A stretch of 124,000 nt of DNA from Wallemia ichthyophaga EXF-994 (Eukaryota; Fungi; Basidiomycota), in the NCBI RefSeq assembly GCF_000400465.1, contig NW_008806285.1, positions 144,001 through 268,000 on the forward strand, read 5' to 3'. A program made the position numbers and the translations under genes. The notes below the pieces were generated by a model. It saw nothing but the letters and a program-made list of their open reading frames with translations. It was not told the DNA's origin and did no database searches. Of this stretch, positions 91,401-106,024 are shown in pieces. Position 1 is the first letter of the stretch; each line of letters starts with the position of its first letter.

Positions 91401-94155
91401 CTTTGGCATGTTCTGATATCGTAGAACCCTTGGGCTGGGTTGCTTGGGGCTTTCACGCTCTGATCTCATAGGTGTCAGCTTACCTTTACTGACAAGATTA
91501 ACGTGATGCTCCTGTACTTCTTCATCTTCTGCGTCCATGAATTGTGATGCACGACCCTCATCCTTTGTGGCTGTGATGCCTGAACTTTCCGAATCCCTGT
91601 TCTGTGGTGGAGCTTTGACTACACCCAGACTGCGTCCAAGTTTAGCACCTCTTGAAAAAGGCTGATCACCCTTGCTAGGTACCTCTATTTTTGGCTTTTT
91701 GCTTGGACTTTCTGCCATTTGTTCAGCTTCTTGCTCGGCTCCTTGCTCATCGACATTATTCAATGCGTTCAATGCGTCTGTACCCTCTAGCTTCTTAACA
91801 GTCTTGTGCCGAGCAAGTCGTCTTTCAAGGGCAGTGACGAACTCGCGTTGCTGAGACTTTTTCCCATCAATACCAACTTCATTTTCAACTGATATGAGAT
91901 CATGGAACCCTTTCGTCTGCTTAAGCAGATTAAACAATTCGCGTATGAGTGCCTCCAGTTCAGTAATCTTCTCGCGGAGTCTATCTTCAAGTTCTTCAGA
92001 GTGCTCTTGGACTTTATGCATCGCCTCCCGCGAGATACTCAGTGATTCCTCCGTCTCGTTCAGTTTCCTTTGAAGCGTGTTGACTAATACCGTATCTGAA
92101 GATGACGACGCAGGCAAGTCAGTCGCATTATAAAGCGCTACCTCCTGCTCAAGTGCATCCTTTTGTCTCCTGGTTTTAATGTGTTGCGCGTGTTCATTTT
92201 CCAGCTGATTCTCTAGCTTCTGCATTCTGTCCTGATCGGTAAAGCGAGACACAACATTTCCAACAGATACGTTAGCTAGCGATGAGAAGTCTGTCGCAAC
92301 ACCACCCTTCCCGTCCATCACAATTGACGATATGAGGCTATCCACTAATTGAAGATACCTATTCTTTGTCTCAGGATCACTTGGAAGCAGTAGCAAGTGT
92401 TGTAATACGGCATGAAATAAGTCTCGACCTCTGGAACCTTCAACAGATGATATTAAAGCCCGAAAAATGTCTTCAGTCGTTGTAAGACTACCAAAGAATT
92501 GTGATTTCTGAGATTGCATTAATAACTCGTGATCCTCTTCAGCCAATTCTTCGTACTCGAGGATGATGTCCTCAACACGGGGATGCTGAAGGCTCCTCAA
92601 TTTGTCTGTGACTCTTTTCAAACCAGATAATTCCAACTGAGATCTAAGAAAATGACGTACGTCTGGATCTTCCGGCAAGCATACGAGTTGATTGACAAGA
92701 AGCAGATTCACCACCTTGATATAATGAGTTGATTTTCACAAACTGACATTTACTCACGGCATAATCAACCAACATGCTATCAGCAGATATAGCGTTCTTC
92801 AATTCATCGCTTGCACCCACGAGCGAGCCCATTCGACCCCTACCGTCAATGGTAGCTTCGAAAGATTTGAGCCATGGATCGAATCTCGAATTCTCCTCGT
92901 AATGTGTTTGCAGTGCGTCGAATGATCTGAGAACAATCGAGTGGCCTCGTGGTTTATCCCAAGAGATCAAGAAGAGTAGAATTTCAACAGCCTGTCTTCG
93001 AGTTTGAAGTTGTGGGCTCATTATAGACGCCGCTAAGGATGTCACAATAATTGGTTGCGAGGATACATCGCTAGCACCAGACTAGAGCCCATCAGAATAC
93101 TGAAGACAAAATAGGGAACACCTACAGGATAGTTTACCACGTGCCGCATGCACTTGACGATTTCTGCTTCAAGTATTGCGTCGCCCTCTCTCTTAACCGT
93201 GCGATGATTGATGGTGTGTAACACATTGGCCAAAACGGAAGGACCGCGAAGCTCAATAAATTCCTTCAGCCACCTAAACATAGATGAGTAATATAACAAC
93301 AAATTGTCATTCCACTCACTCGAGAGGCATTGTACGCAAGCTGACGGATAGATGAGAAACGTCAGTGTGTAAAACGTTACCACTGAGGAATTTGCGAATG
93401 TAAGCTTGAGGGGGGTCATCAGCATGCCCAACAAAAGCACGTGGGGAGGAAGTAGAGGATTTTTCGCTTCTGCCGTGTCTCTTGACAGCTTGCTTCTGCT
93501 TCAAGGCGCTACTCTGAAGCAAAGCACGCTTATTATCTTGAGGCAAAGCTCTGAGTCTCTTAGCTTCAGAGTCACCCGGAGCTATGGATTGAACAAAGAT
93601 ATCGAAATGATCCTCAATCTCAGCCTCTGAGAGTAAGTCAACATTCTTTATAGAGATACCACCTGTGCCAAGTTTGCTCATGGAGGAGGAGCTTTGGGAT
93701 CTTACAGAATTGAATGAAGGGGATGATTCAATACTTGCTAAGTTAAAGTCGTTTATTGACCTCGAAGGACCAGCCTCGTAAAAAGCATCGCCGCTGCCCA
93801 AGAAAGAGGAGAATTGCGATGAGCGACCTGAAAAGAGAGAATTTCCATCAGATTGCATCCTAGAATTGCGTTTGGTGGGGAGAGTGGAGATCATTGATGA
93901 CGAGGTGGGTAATCTACCTGCGTCGATCGAGGACGAGCTGTGATATGAATCAAGGGTGGGGCTACGATAAGGGTAATCCTTATTAGCGTCATATTCAATA
94001 TTTGAATTTAAATTGGAATTGAGATTTGGATTGGTATTTGGTGCAGAGATGGAACCGCCAGAGATAGCTGACTTGTCAACGTCGTTCCACTCATAATCTG
94101 CTTGGATCTTTGAGCGTGATTTCTTCTTTGAAGACAGTGAAAATATTGAGTCCAT
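88436..94155 (-). CDS. Formin (GBD/FH3, FH1, FH2; SepA/Bni1-like)
   Basis: Poly-Pro FH1, KMKQLQWDKI FH2 start, FLERTVAKQF; ends approximate. Confidence 0.9.
90529..90726 (-). repeat. Three 66-bp tandem units in formin FH1
   Basis: PPPPPPVGNPASAMTTGGLIPV twice plus one diverged unit; period of 66 nt seen at 90595/90661. Confidence 0.9.
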
Positions 94156-94370
94156 TTGGACTGCTTTTTCACTCAGTGGTGGTGATAGTACTGGTCCGAC
94201 CAAGACAAATTCAAATCAAAGCCAATATCAGCGTCATATTGCAGCAAAATTAAATTGAAATTCTTCTTCTTTTATTACAATTCTATGTCTTACGATTCAA
94301 AGCGTCTACTTTGGCTCTGACCTGATACCGCAATTGGGCTGGTATACACGGACGCGCCCTATACGCCACT

Positions 94371-95733
94371 TCATTCATCATCTGAGTCGTAGAATTCATC
94401 TGACATATCTTCATCGAGTGCGGCAAGGTGTGCCAAGTCGACCTATTTCGTATTAGCACACTTCGTTATCATCTAATCCAGCATTCACCTTATAACGGAG
94501 TAGACCACCTACACCACCAAATCCGCGAACAAATTGAGCACCTTCTTGCGATTTGTCAGTTACAAATTCCAAGTTTGCACCAAATTCCTTGTAATTCTCT
94601 GCAAACCATTCTAACAAAGATTGTGGTTCACCGATTGGCTCCATTTCAGAACCAGTTGAAGGATCAGTGAACTTTGAACGATCGTCTTCCTGTCCTTTGT
94701 TTACGTGAAGTACAACTTCTTCGCCTGCAGCATTGCGAAGCTTGTGACGAGTGACTTCAAGATTCTCAAACACAATCAAGTCCTTGACAGCACCAAGATC
94801 TAATGCACGTAACGTATCCTCAATACCAAAGCAGAATTTACCAGTGTCTAAGGAAATTTCATCAAAGTACTTTGAGATAAGCTTCTTCTCTTGTACGAAT
94901 TTAACATTCTGCAATGACTCGGAAGATAAATCGATTGCTTGGTTGAAACCATTCTCACCACCGTAAGAAACATCCACAATTTTAACAATCTTTGTCGCCA
95001 ATCTTGGGTCAAAGAGATCCGATTGACTCAATTCAGTCTTAAAGTCTGCACTACCAGCGAGGACCAAACCAGCAACATTGATCTTGTCATTAGTAATAAA
95101 GTGCTGAGTGGCGAACTCAGCAACCTTTCTAACGTAGTTGTGGCGCTTTTCATCACGGAGACGGGAGAAACGCATGGCAGATTGACCACCACGTCCGTGC
95201 TTCTTTGGTAGATCAACGGTAAACTTCTGAATAACCTCTCTAGTGTTTCCGGCGAGTGTACCAAACAAGGAGCCACTACCATCCATAACGATGAAACCAA
95301 ACTTTGTGTCAGATTCGAGCAACTCCTGTAGGGCTTCTGTGTGGAACTTGTTATCGCAAAGGTAAAGGGAGGTGTTTATAGGGCGGTGAGGTTCGAAGTC
95401 AATAGAGACCTTCTTCTCTTTACCGTCATCGGTGACGATTGTGCCTACGAAGAGAACTAAACCATTGTTGGGCATGCGAGTATAGAGCTTGAGACGCTGC
95501 TGAGTGGAAGTGATGGCAGCTAGAACAGAGAGTCTATTAACACGTGATTTAATGTTTGAAGCAGTACCGTATTCCTGCGTAAGCATACCACTGAGTTGAG
95601 ATATTTGTGCTCTACCGTTTGAGATCAAACTGATCATCGAGGTACCGTTACCTCTGACAGAGTCCAACCAGCGAATAACCCTCTTCATCTTCCATATCTG
95701 CACATTTTGTGCTGCAATATCGTCTGAACTCAT
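94371..95733 (-). CDS. SUP45: Translation release factor eRF1
   Basis: TASNIKS, YLCDNKF, GRGGQS. Confidence 0.98.
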
Positions 95734-96262
95734 ATCGTGATGGTGGTGGTGGAAGAATTTATATAACCAATTAAAATTTGAAATATCCTGAGTATAAAAT
95801 CAGTGCCTTTTACTTGGTGTTGTTTACAGTGCCTGCGTATGCTTGATCTTCCTCAGAGACTGCTATCTTCGACTATGCTTGACATCCATCTGCACACCCC
95901 AACCCACGCCAAATATGCTCCAACTAATATCCTAAAATACCTCTCGTCTGCCGCCTTATTGCTCGATTGGCAGCTGAATTGATGGATGCCACGCGGTGAA
96001 AGTAAAATTTGCAGGTACAAACGTCTCAAATGATCGTTGCGTGTTCAAGGCTAGAATTAAAGGCTACGATTATATTTACGTCTGTTCTGATATTTCGCCG
96101 CGTTGCGTGACATCTTTGATCGTGCACAGGGAATGCTTTGGGCACATAAAGGATATACCTTACATATATATTGCACTAGAAGAGCTACTACAGAGTGTAT
96201 CGCTGCTTTTCACATCGTTTTCGCGTCAGAAAGGCTGATAATACTTCTTCAACTGCCCTTCC

Positions 96263-99200
96263 ATGAGCCAGAATAATATAAAGGTAGTTGCGCGGTTTAG
96301 ACCTGTAAATAAGGTCGAGCAACAACAATATCCACCAGATGGAAAACCCATCATCGACATCAACGATACCAACACTCAAGTAAATCTCTACAACGAATCA
96401 AACAACTATTCTTTCGATAGAGTGTTCGATAGACAGTCCAAGCAGGAAGACGTTTTCGAATACGGCGTTAGGGGTATCGTTGACGATGTCATTTCTGGCT
96501 ACAATGGTACTGTCTTCGCCTACGGTCAGACCGGCTCTGGTAAAACGTACACTATGATGGGCTCTGATATCGACGACAACAACTCAAAGGGTATCATACC
96601 TCGCATCACCGAACAGATCTTTGAATCCATTCTTACCTCTCCTCCAAACATGGAGTACCTTGTCAAGGTCAGTTACATGGAAATCTACATGGAAAGAATC
96701 AGAGACCTCTTGTCCCCAAATAATGATAATCTTCAAGTTCACGAGGATAAAGTAAGAGGCGTTTACGTCAAGAACCTTTCAGACTACTACGTTGGTGATG
96801 CAAATGAAGTCTACGAGATTATGAGACAAGGCAGTCAAGCAAGAGCTGTCTCTTCAACAAACATGAACGCTGAATCTTCTCGCTCTCACTCAATCTTTCT
96901 TATCTCTATCGTACAGAAAAACATCGAGACTGGCTCCCAAAAAACTGGTAACCTCTATCTCGTCGATTTGGCTGGTTCAGAAAAAATTGGTAAAACTGGT
97001 GCAACCGGACAAACCTTAGAAGAAGCAAAGAAGATCAACAAAAGTTTATCAGCACTTGGTATGGTTATCAATGCCTTGACTGATGGAAAATCAACCCATA
97101 TACCCTATCGTGACTCCAAACTGACAAGAATCTTGCAAGAATCTCTCGGAGGTAACTCCAGAACTACCTTGATAGTTAAGTACGTTGATTTTCGGCTTTG
97201 GGATTTCGATCTAACTCAAATACAGCTGTTCGCCTTCCGAATATAACGCTGACGAGACTATGTCGACCTTGAGATTTGGTATCAGAGCAAAGTCGATCAA
97301 GAATTCTGCTCGTGTCAACACTGAATTATCTCCTGCTGAACTTAAGAACCTTCTCAAGAAATCGCAAAGAGATCGCACTCTTTATGAAAACTTTGTCACT
97401 GCACTTGAAGCTGAGTTGAAACAATGGAGGGCAGGAAAGACAGTCCCAAAGGAAGATTGGACAACTAAAGACTCAACACCAAAGGAGAATATACCTTTAA
97501 ATACCACAATACCATCTACACCTACCAAACCAATCAATCAAAACCTAGAAGTTGCTCGTGATGAAGCACGCCCAGCTACCCCGGTGCCGCTCAACTTGGA
97601 TAAAGATGAGAGGGAAGACTTCTTGAAACACGAGAACGAATTGAGTGACCAGTTGGCAGACAAGGAAAAAGCGATGACTTCACTCGAAAAGGTTCTCAAA
97701 GAGCTGCGCGACGAGCTTGATTTCTATAAAACCTCTCATCAAACACTCAACGAGGAGAACTCTGACTTCCAAACGCAATTATCAGATCTCCGCCTACAAT
97801 TTGAAAGATTAGAGTTTGATAACAAGGACAACATCATCAATATGGATGTTCTACGCGACAGAAATACAGAATTGACAGCTTCAGTGAATGACTTGAACAG
97901 ATCTCTTGAAGAAGCCAAGAATGCTCAGAAAGACTCCCTTGCGGAAGACTTTGAAAAGAAGAAGGCTGAAAAGATGGCACAGATGATGGCTAAGTTTGAT
98001 GCTACTGGTTTTTCAGAGAAGGACGATGTTTTACGAGACTTAGTGTCAAAGATTGACAGCATTGACAACGACGAAAGACTCAGCGGTGGCACATTGACAT
98101 CTGACGATCTTTCTGCTATCCGCCGCCAACTCCTTGAATCCCAATCTCTTGCTCGCGAATCCCAGGACAAGCTTCGCAACAGTGAACATGATAACCAAAC
98201 CTTGGTTATCAAGAGGGAGGAGGTTGAGTCTCGTTTGCATGGTCTTGAAAGCGAGTTCGAAGAGCTTCTAGAGAAATCGATCAAAGAAGAAGAAGCCAAT
98301 AATCTAGACTTGCAGGAGTCTATCAATGGAATCAAGGACAAGCTTGAAGCACAATACAATTCAAAGCGTGAAAAGAACGAAGTGGAAGTTAATGATCTGC
98401 GTCAGCAGATAGAGAATAAAAATCAAGATATTACCTCGCTCAAAGACGACGTACAGAATCTGATGGGCCTCAATGACGAACTTAAGCGAGCCTTCGCTGT
98501 CACATCAGCTGGTATAGAAGGCGGTAAGAACCTAGTAGATTCAGCAAGAGATCTGGAAAAAACTCGCAAGAGCCTCGCATCCCAGTTAAATGACTTTGAA
98601 GGTATGAAGAAGTCACTGATGAAAGATTTACAAGATCGCTGCGAGAAAGTCGTTGAACTTGAGATTGAACTTGATCAGTATAAAGAGCAGTATGCTCAAG
98701 TGTTGCGTAGCACCAACAACAAGGCAGCTCAGAAGAAAATGGCCTTCTTGGAGCGCAATCTGGAGCAATTGACCCTCGTTCAGAAGGGACTTGTTGATCA
98801 GAACCAATCACTGAAAAAGGAAGTCGCGATTGCTGAGCGCAAGCTGCTTGCTAGATCCGAAAGGATTAACAACTTGGAGCACTTACTACAGGAAGCAGAC
98901 AAGAGGCTCGTCATCTCTAATGCTAAGTTTGAGGGGCAACTACAAGCCGTACGAGAGCGCCTTGAGCATGCTAGATGTGAGTACTAACGATTGAATAACA
99001 CATCCACTGACAGTAACCTTAGCTCAAAAAGAATCCACAAATGCGTCCATAAACTTCGGTAGAATCGCTAAGCCTCTCAGAGTGAGAACTTTACTTTTCA
99101 GGAAAATACTACTGACATCATAAACCAGGGTGGTGGTGGTAGCGGATCAGCATCTGCTTCTCCGACGAACAAGAAAACGATAGACTTATCTGGTGCGTCA

Positions 99201-99307
99201 GACCATGACAGCGGATCGTCGAGTAAGTTGATGAGTGTGCGGTGAGATTGTTAACTGACTCCGCTACAGCTAAACGTGCTTCTTGGTTCTTTTCATCTGG
99301 AAAATGA
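96263..99307 (+). CDS. Conventional kinesin-1 heavy chain
   Basis: GQTGSGKT, SSRSH, LVDLAGSE, coiled-coil stalk, RIAKPLR tail motif. Confidence 0.95.
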
Positions 99308-101306
99308 TTTCCTGTGCTTTTATCTTCACACACTATATATCAGCAGTCATCCAAAGCAGCTTTTGACTTGTATCTATCATACACCCTTCTTAATATAGCA
99401 CTAGTGAGACGCATGTGCAGTATGCCAGTGATGCAATCAGATGCAAACTTTTTTTCCAATACCTCTTCACAATGGTATTTCGACCATGCAAATCATGCGT
99501 GCATGTCTCTGATGATATGACCAACTATGCATGTATACACCCGTGAACGACAGAAAGTTGAAATCGTATAATCTCAGCTCGAAGCGACCACTGATTTCGC
99601 TTGCTTTGCCTGATGTGCTCATTGAGTTAATTTATCGAAATCTCGAAAGCTAACTCACGGCGACCTTGGCAGCCAAAGCTTGAGCATCTCTTGGAAAATG
99701 TCAGATTATTACTTCTAGTGCTCAATGACCCACGCTTCACGCTTGTTCGAAAGCCTCTGAGTGCTTTGTTTGGGCGCTGGTCAAGAATGTCAGAAACCTT
99801 ATAAAAGGAGATGCTGCATACCTTTATTGTTGGCAGCGGCCTTCTTCTGCGCGCGTTCTATGCCATTTTAGAACATAAGGACGATCAAACAGCTACATAC
99901 CCCGATCCCTACGCGACTTTAGTATCCGCTCATTGAGAATGCTACGAGCTTACTTTTCTCTTTGATTCCCTCCTGAATCTAAATGTCAGAATATCCCAAT
100001 GCATTAACTGCATCCTTACTGCTCATCTGGCCCGTGGTAAGTGATCAACGAGCATGCGGCTCAAAAGAAGCTACAATTTCAGCGCAGTGTGAGCTTTCAC
100101 AGTTTTCTAATTGCTTTGCATTTGCATCATCTGTAAGTTATCATCGCGCTGCTCGATAACGTATAATTACTCAATTCCAAGAATGTCAAACACATGTTTC
100201 ATTTACAACGCATGTGCATGTTTATAGTACACAATTATTTCCCATATGTATCCCGGTAAAATCTATCTAAGCATCTTTAAGCGTGAAGCTAATATTACAT
100301 CTTCTGTCTGCGGACTACCTCGTCTTAGTGGTGGAGGTTAGCAAGATCAAGTGATGATAGCAAACGTATTAGGAGTATCGCTCAAAGCGGACTTTAAACG
100401 GACTGCCAGGTCTTATTGAAGGTTAGAGAGAGGCAAACGAATGAGATAAAGCTTAATGGGAGTAGCGCAGACTATTTACATGGAAAGGTTATACCGGCCT
100501 TACTATAGCCCCAAGATGTTGTATCGCAAGGAGAAGAGGAAAGGAGTGTGGGCTGTTTAAATACCGTAGCGGCGACCGAGAATCACGTGGCTCGCGTTTT
100601 GTGTTTGTTATTGTGTTTTACGAACACAGCTACCCTCGTTCCCAGTCAAGCATCTAACGGCGTAGACACAATTATTAGATGGCTATGACTGGTGATATAG
100701 ATGAATATCAAGTAGCTCGATACTGCGTTTCTGATGGCTTTAAAGGTATATCGGAGTGATTCAGCAGCTTTGAAGATTTAGATATTAGTATTATACGACT
100801 TTCCGTGCATGCTCGACCATTTGCGGTTTGAGTTGAGTAGAAACAATTAGATTGGGAGATAAACAAGATCGAGAGCAGCGTAAGATATTCAGTAGGACAC
100901 TCAAGTCACCCTCACTCAGTCTTTCACAGGGTGCCTTGAGCATATTTAATTCAGCACAATAACTTATACTATTGAAATTTTCCACAAGTACTAGAAATAG
101001 GTATGCAAATCACACTGCCATCCATTAAACACACCTTGATGTCATCAGAAATGTAGATACAAGTACCAGATTGAACCTTTGTGGGTGGCGACAGAATAAA
101101 TCACTTTAGTGATATATCCAAGCGCTCATTAATGTACTAAAAAGGTGTGATAAAATCCTTAATTACCGTAATTCTGTAACAGACCGGAGGTAACAATGAA
101201 GGTCAAGAATGTCCGATTGAATCTGAACAAAGAACAATGGACACTTTAAAGTCAACATAAATTTATTATTGTTACAACGATGTGATTTTAAATAAAATAA
101301 TATAAT

Positions 101307-104300
101307 TTAGCAATCACTCAATGCTGATGAAGAGGTAGGAGAACCACTGGTTTCTCGTCTCATTCTTGCTTCAAGCAGTTTGCGCGTACGTGGAGCGACA
101401 GCGGCACCCCTTCTGCGTGGAGGGCCTTCTTCTAAATCATCCGAGTTGACTCTCGAGCTCCAAGACGTTGTCAGGATATCGTCGACTTTTGCGAGTGCTT
101501 TATCTGAATCCTCTTGGGAATGTGAATAAGGCTGATCTGAATACTTTGATTCATTTTGGCCTTTACCAATAAAGTTATACTTATGGTTCCCGCTGTCATA
101601 GCTGTCATACATCGGTGACGGTAATGCTTCACCGTTGACTGTATTGATTCCAAGTGATCCCATACCAGTTGATTGTCTCATCGATGGCAGTCTCATGAGG
101701 TAGTTCTTCATTGTAGACGATCTCGCTAATTCTGGTGTAGCCTCGATTGTTGGCAGGAAGTCTGACGAAGCAGGTGACTTTAATTTAGGTGAAGCGACTT
101801 CAGATCCCTTGAAGGCATTAGACATTGGCGATCTAAAGTCTTCATCTGTATGTTTTGAAGGTGAGTTGTTCTCCCCGCTATATGGAGATGTGAAGTGTTC
101901 GTCGCTTTGAGGAGACACTGCAATGTCGGACTTATCCACAACAGGCGGAGCTGAGGAGTCCATTCTACTGTTTTCAATGTTCTTCCAATCGTCAACAACC
102001 ATTTGCTGCTGCTCTACATTATTATTCACGTGTTGTGCATTCTCTTCCATCAAGGCAGATGTTGTCATTTGAGAAGCTCTGTATCTTGTACTGGTAGACA
102101 TGGCACTCCTACGCGTTTTGTATCTACGCACTTTAGACCTTGTTGATGAACCTCCAATTGAGTCATTCCTCGACGATTCATTCGAAGCATCGTTGCTCCT
102201 ACCTATGTTGATTATTCCATCGTCCTCATATGTTTCATCCTCATAAAACACTGTTGATCCACTACCTTCACTCCATGTCTCTATCTCTTGTCCGATCGAT
102301 TCATCCTCATTCTCATTTTCTTCCGGTTTCTGTTGATCCTTTTCTTTACTCTGCATGTTTGGTTGAATACTCAAAGCAGCTCCAAATGATTGCGGTGGCT
102401 CTTGTTTAGCGTTTGCTTGGAAGATCATTTCGGACCTAACAGCCTGTGGCGGAGGAGAGCGTAAAGTTTCAGGAAGGCTCTGCCAATCTGGTACTGGTGG
102501 AGGACTGACGACTTTGGGAGGTGAACTGACTGCATTTGGTGGAGGCGACACTACCCGTGGGACTTGAGCTTCAAGTGACCAAGAGGGTGGATGCACTTTC
102601 TTGCCAGCAAGTGGAGGTGATGGCAAGAATGGCAACTGAGCTAGTTCTGCGTCTTCAGGCAAAGGAGATGCCACCTGCGGCTCAGGCGACAGACCAGGTG
102701 GCGTCAACTGTGATTCATTTTGCTTCATTGCAGTATGGATACTACTATCAGCTCCATTTTTGTCGTCTTGGCCCTTGACAAATGGAGTGATAGCCATCTC
102801 ACGAAGTCTGGCAGCTTCGTCGTTGAACTCATCGCGAATGTTGTTCATGTCTTTGACGGTGTAGAACTTAGATTGACCAGCTATTTTTTCGGTGAACGGT
102901 CCATCGTCAACCTCCTCACTCTTGTCGCTCCTGGCTAATTCCGCGAAGTTTGGACTGAGAGGAACAGGAGATCTTGCCAACTTTTCAAGCAAAGGGGAGT
103001 GAGGTGACTTGAAATATGTAAGCGTGCATTGCAAGTTTTATTATGTCTTACCTTTTCTTTGCTCCTCGCAGACTTTTCAGGGTACTGCTGATTGCCAATG
103101 TCAAAATTTTCATTGACAACAGCGTTCATGGTTATAGGAGATGAGAAGCTGATTCTATCTTTCAGATCTTTGCTCTTGGATTTAGATAATTTAAACTTTT
103201 TGCTCCGTTTAGCGTGTCTGTCGGGTGATTTTGGCAACGGTGGGGGCGGCGAATCCATCTTTTTGGTGTCCTTAGCATCTTTAGTGCCCTCAGCGGTTGA
103301 ATTTGAGTCCGATTTGAGCTGTTCGTAGGAGATTGGAACTGGTGACTGTAAATCCTTGCTGATTGGAGTTAAGACATTGTCCACAGGTGACTTTGTTTGC
103401 TTAACATCTTCCATTTCAATCTCTCTTGGAGCATTGGCGGGAACAATAGAGTTTCTAAGCCATCCAGCAGCAGCAGGAGTTGGTTCACGCTTTGGTGGGT
103501 GGAAAGCCGTTTTGATAGCTTGGCTAAAGTCACCCCAAGGCGTTGAGCTGCGAAGCGGTGGCGAAAATGCAGATGGGATGTAATTGCTTTCGTCATTATC
103601 CACTATCTGTTGAGCATTCTTGTCCGATGTCTTACGCTGTCTGATTTGCGCGTCGCGGGCATTGTCAATCTGAGGAGAAGGTCTCTGCGAAAATATCTTG
103701 TTACCAATGACGCCAGATTTGTAGCGTTCACCATCTAAAGCCGACTTCATTGCATTGGCGTAAAATGCCATTGAGCCTGAGTTGTGATTCTTGCTATCTG
103801 ACATTTCGTCCAGTCTGCGATCGACGTCATAAGAAGAGGCATCTTGGAAACCCTCAGGCAATGGGGACTTTAGAATTTGATCCGTGATTTCGCTAGGAGG
103901 CTGGAATGATGAGTTTGTACGCTGGAAGACTGGCCTTGGTGATTGCTTTGGAGTGTTATTGTTTGAGGGCCATTTCCAAGGCTCATTGCGGAAAGAAGGA
104001 GAGGCAAGTCCAGAAGGTTGATAGCCCCAAGGCCTTTCAGCTCTTTCCTCTGGAGGGTTTGAGAAAGGCAGCGCATTTGGAGACATCATCTGAGCATCGT
104101 CGTCCGTTTGCCAGCTTGAATGACGGGGCTCTTCATCTAAATGACCTTCTGAGGTCTTGATAGCAGCTGGTTTGTCTATCTCCGAGATAGAGTCTGAAGA
104201 CCCATTCTCCATCGAGATTTGACGCTCTTTGGCGAGCCGACTGCGACGACGTTTGCGATAAATGAGACCCATGATAGTGAAGGCTGCGACCAAGCCACTA

Positions 104301-104930
104301 ATAATAAAAATGGGAGAGAGATATGCAACTTTGAAATCAGTGGAGCTGGAGTCGGAGATGGATTGCTGAGCATCTTCTGCGTTGTTGGTTGAAGGAGGGC
104401 TAGGTTGGACATCGTCGGTAGACTGGTCAATATCTTCGTCTTGGTTATTGTCTTGCTCTTGCAGCTCTTCTGGTTCATCGTTGATCTGGTCTATCGCCGA
104501 ATCGATGTCATCATTTGGCTGGTTGTCTTGATTTTCTTGATTCGACTCGGCATCGTCATCATTTGGAGACTAAAATTGGTTAGGATGACCCGAAAAAGCT
104601 TAGTGACTCACAGAGGAGGACTCCTGGTCGTCAGGTGCGGGATTGTCTTCGATATTTGAAGAATCCATATCATTCGGGAGTTGTAGAGGCGGACTAGTGG
104701 AACCACGGGTGTCGTCTAGACTACCAATGCCATGATAAGTACCGTCGTTGTATTTTTGACGCTTTTGTAAAGTGTGCTGACAGTTGTTATCCATATTGTG
104801 TACACAGCCAACGACCAAATTAACGTCGTCGTTGACTGCAGAGAAGTTTGAACGCGTTTTATCCAGTGTGTTCCTAATTGCTGGTTAGGTTTCTGACAAG
104901 ACATTTCTCTCTCACTCACAAATGAGCGTC
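101307..104930 (-). CDS. Large low-complexity single-pass membrane protein (hypothetical)
   Basis: Acidic N-region, TM PIFIISGLVAAFTIMGLIY followed by RKRRR, long Ser/Pro-rich tail; 5' end uncertain. Confidence 0.55.
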
Positions 104931-106024
104931 TTGCTTATAAAAGTGGGGCTGTATGACCTCTGGGTCTTTAATCAAAGCTTGTCTGTTGAATGGGGGCACG
105001 ATGAAAGCGTGATTGAGAGTAAAGAGTGTGAATGTAGTTATAAAGGAGTTCAAATCCTTTATAAATTTCAATCGAGATGGTTCTTTATCAAGTAAATATT
105101 GAAATCGCGTTTTCGGATAGACGCGCTAAATAAAATACCTTCCTTATTAAGACGTGTGTAAGATCCTGTTTAATTTAACACTCGGATATGGCAATTTACT
105201 TTGTAAGACATTCATCGGCGTACACTGCTGCTACACTGTTGCTATTCCGCGTTTGTCAAAATTTGCACCTAGACTTTGCTAGCTGAAATCCTTGTCTTGT
105301 TGAGCGACTGGGATGTAAAGTAGTATAACGATGTTATAATCATATATAAGCCGCCATCAACTGCCTATATCGCGTTATTTAGAAAAGCCTGCGTATGTTA
105401 GTAGTCACCTGGTAGACTAGTATAGCGAACCAGCCGTTGAGGAACAATGAGTACATCTTGAAATTGAAAGAATCGTCATTTGAGAATAGCTTGATTGGAT
105501 AAAACAAGAGCAGATTGAATAGGCTATGTAGGAGCACTAATATCTGTATCAGGGGTACTGTGACCGTGATTAAGATGATAACGTTAATCTTATCATTCGG
105601 TCTGTTTAGCCGGAGTGAGAATAGCCTGTACCTCGCTTCCGCGCTAGCTCACTCGATTCCATTCGCAGCAAGGGCTCCTCCCATCATGTCGAAAAAGAAT
105701 TTGCGGTAGACGAGTCCCCCTTGCACGATTCAATAAGCATTTTAACTCTAAGCATTTCGGCTTTACTGACAGAGGCATGCGTAACAGACGTCTGAAGCGG
105801 TTATCAAAACAGAACAGCACACGGAAGCAACTCACAAGTAGTTGCCACCAGGGCAAACAGGCGGCAGACATCAATGCTGACTTTAGCATCGACAGCGACT
105901 TTCATTCTGTGCTAGTCCACGTGGTCGTTCCTCACAGACAGCGAGATCGATCGAGATGAAAGTTATCTACTACGCAATAAGGTAGATAATACATCAGTAA
106001 AGTACTCAAAAGCATCTGCTAACG

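Noticed and set aside
95801-95830. gccttttac resembling U5 snRNA loop 1
   Set aside because: Weak stem, no downstream Sm site; lies in the eRF1 promoter region.
100183-100227. Tiny ORF ending CACL as a CaaX pheromone precursor
   Set aside because: Only 14 codons, an atypical CaaX, and no pheromone receptor or other MAT genes nearby.
105655-105675. cattcgcag resembling U14 domain A
   Set aside because: The match stops at 9 nt and no C/D boxes flank it.
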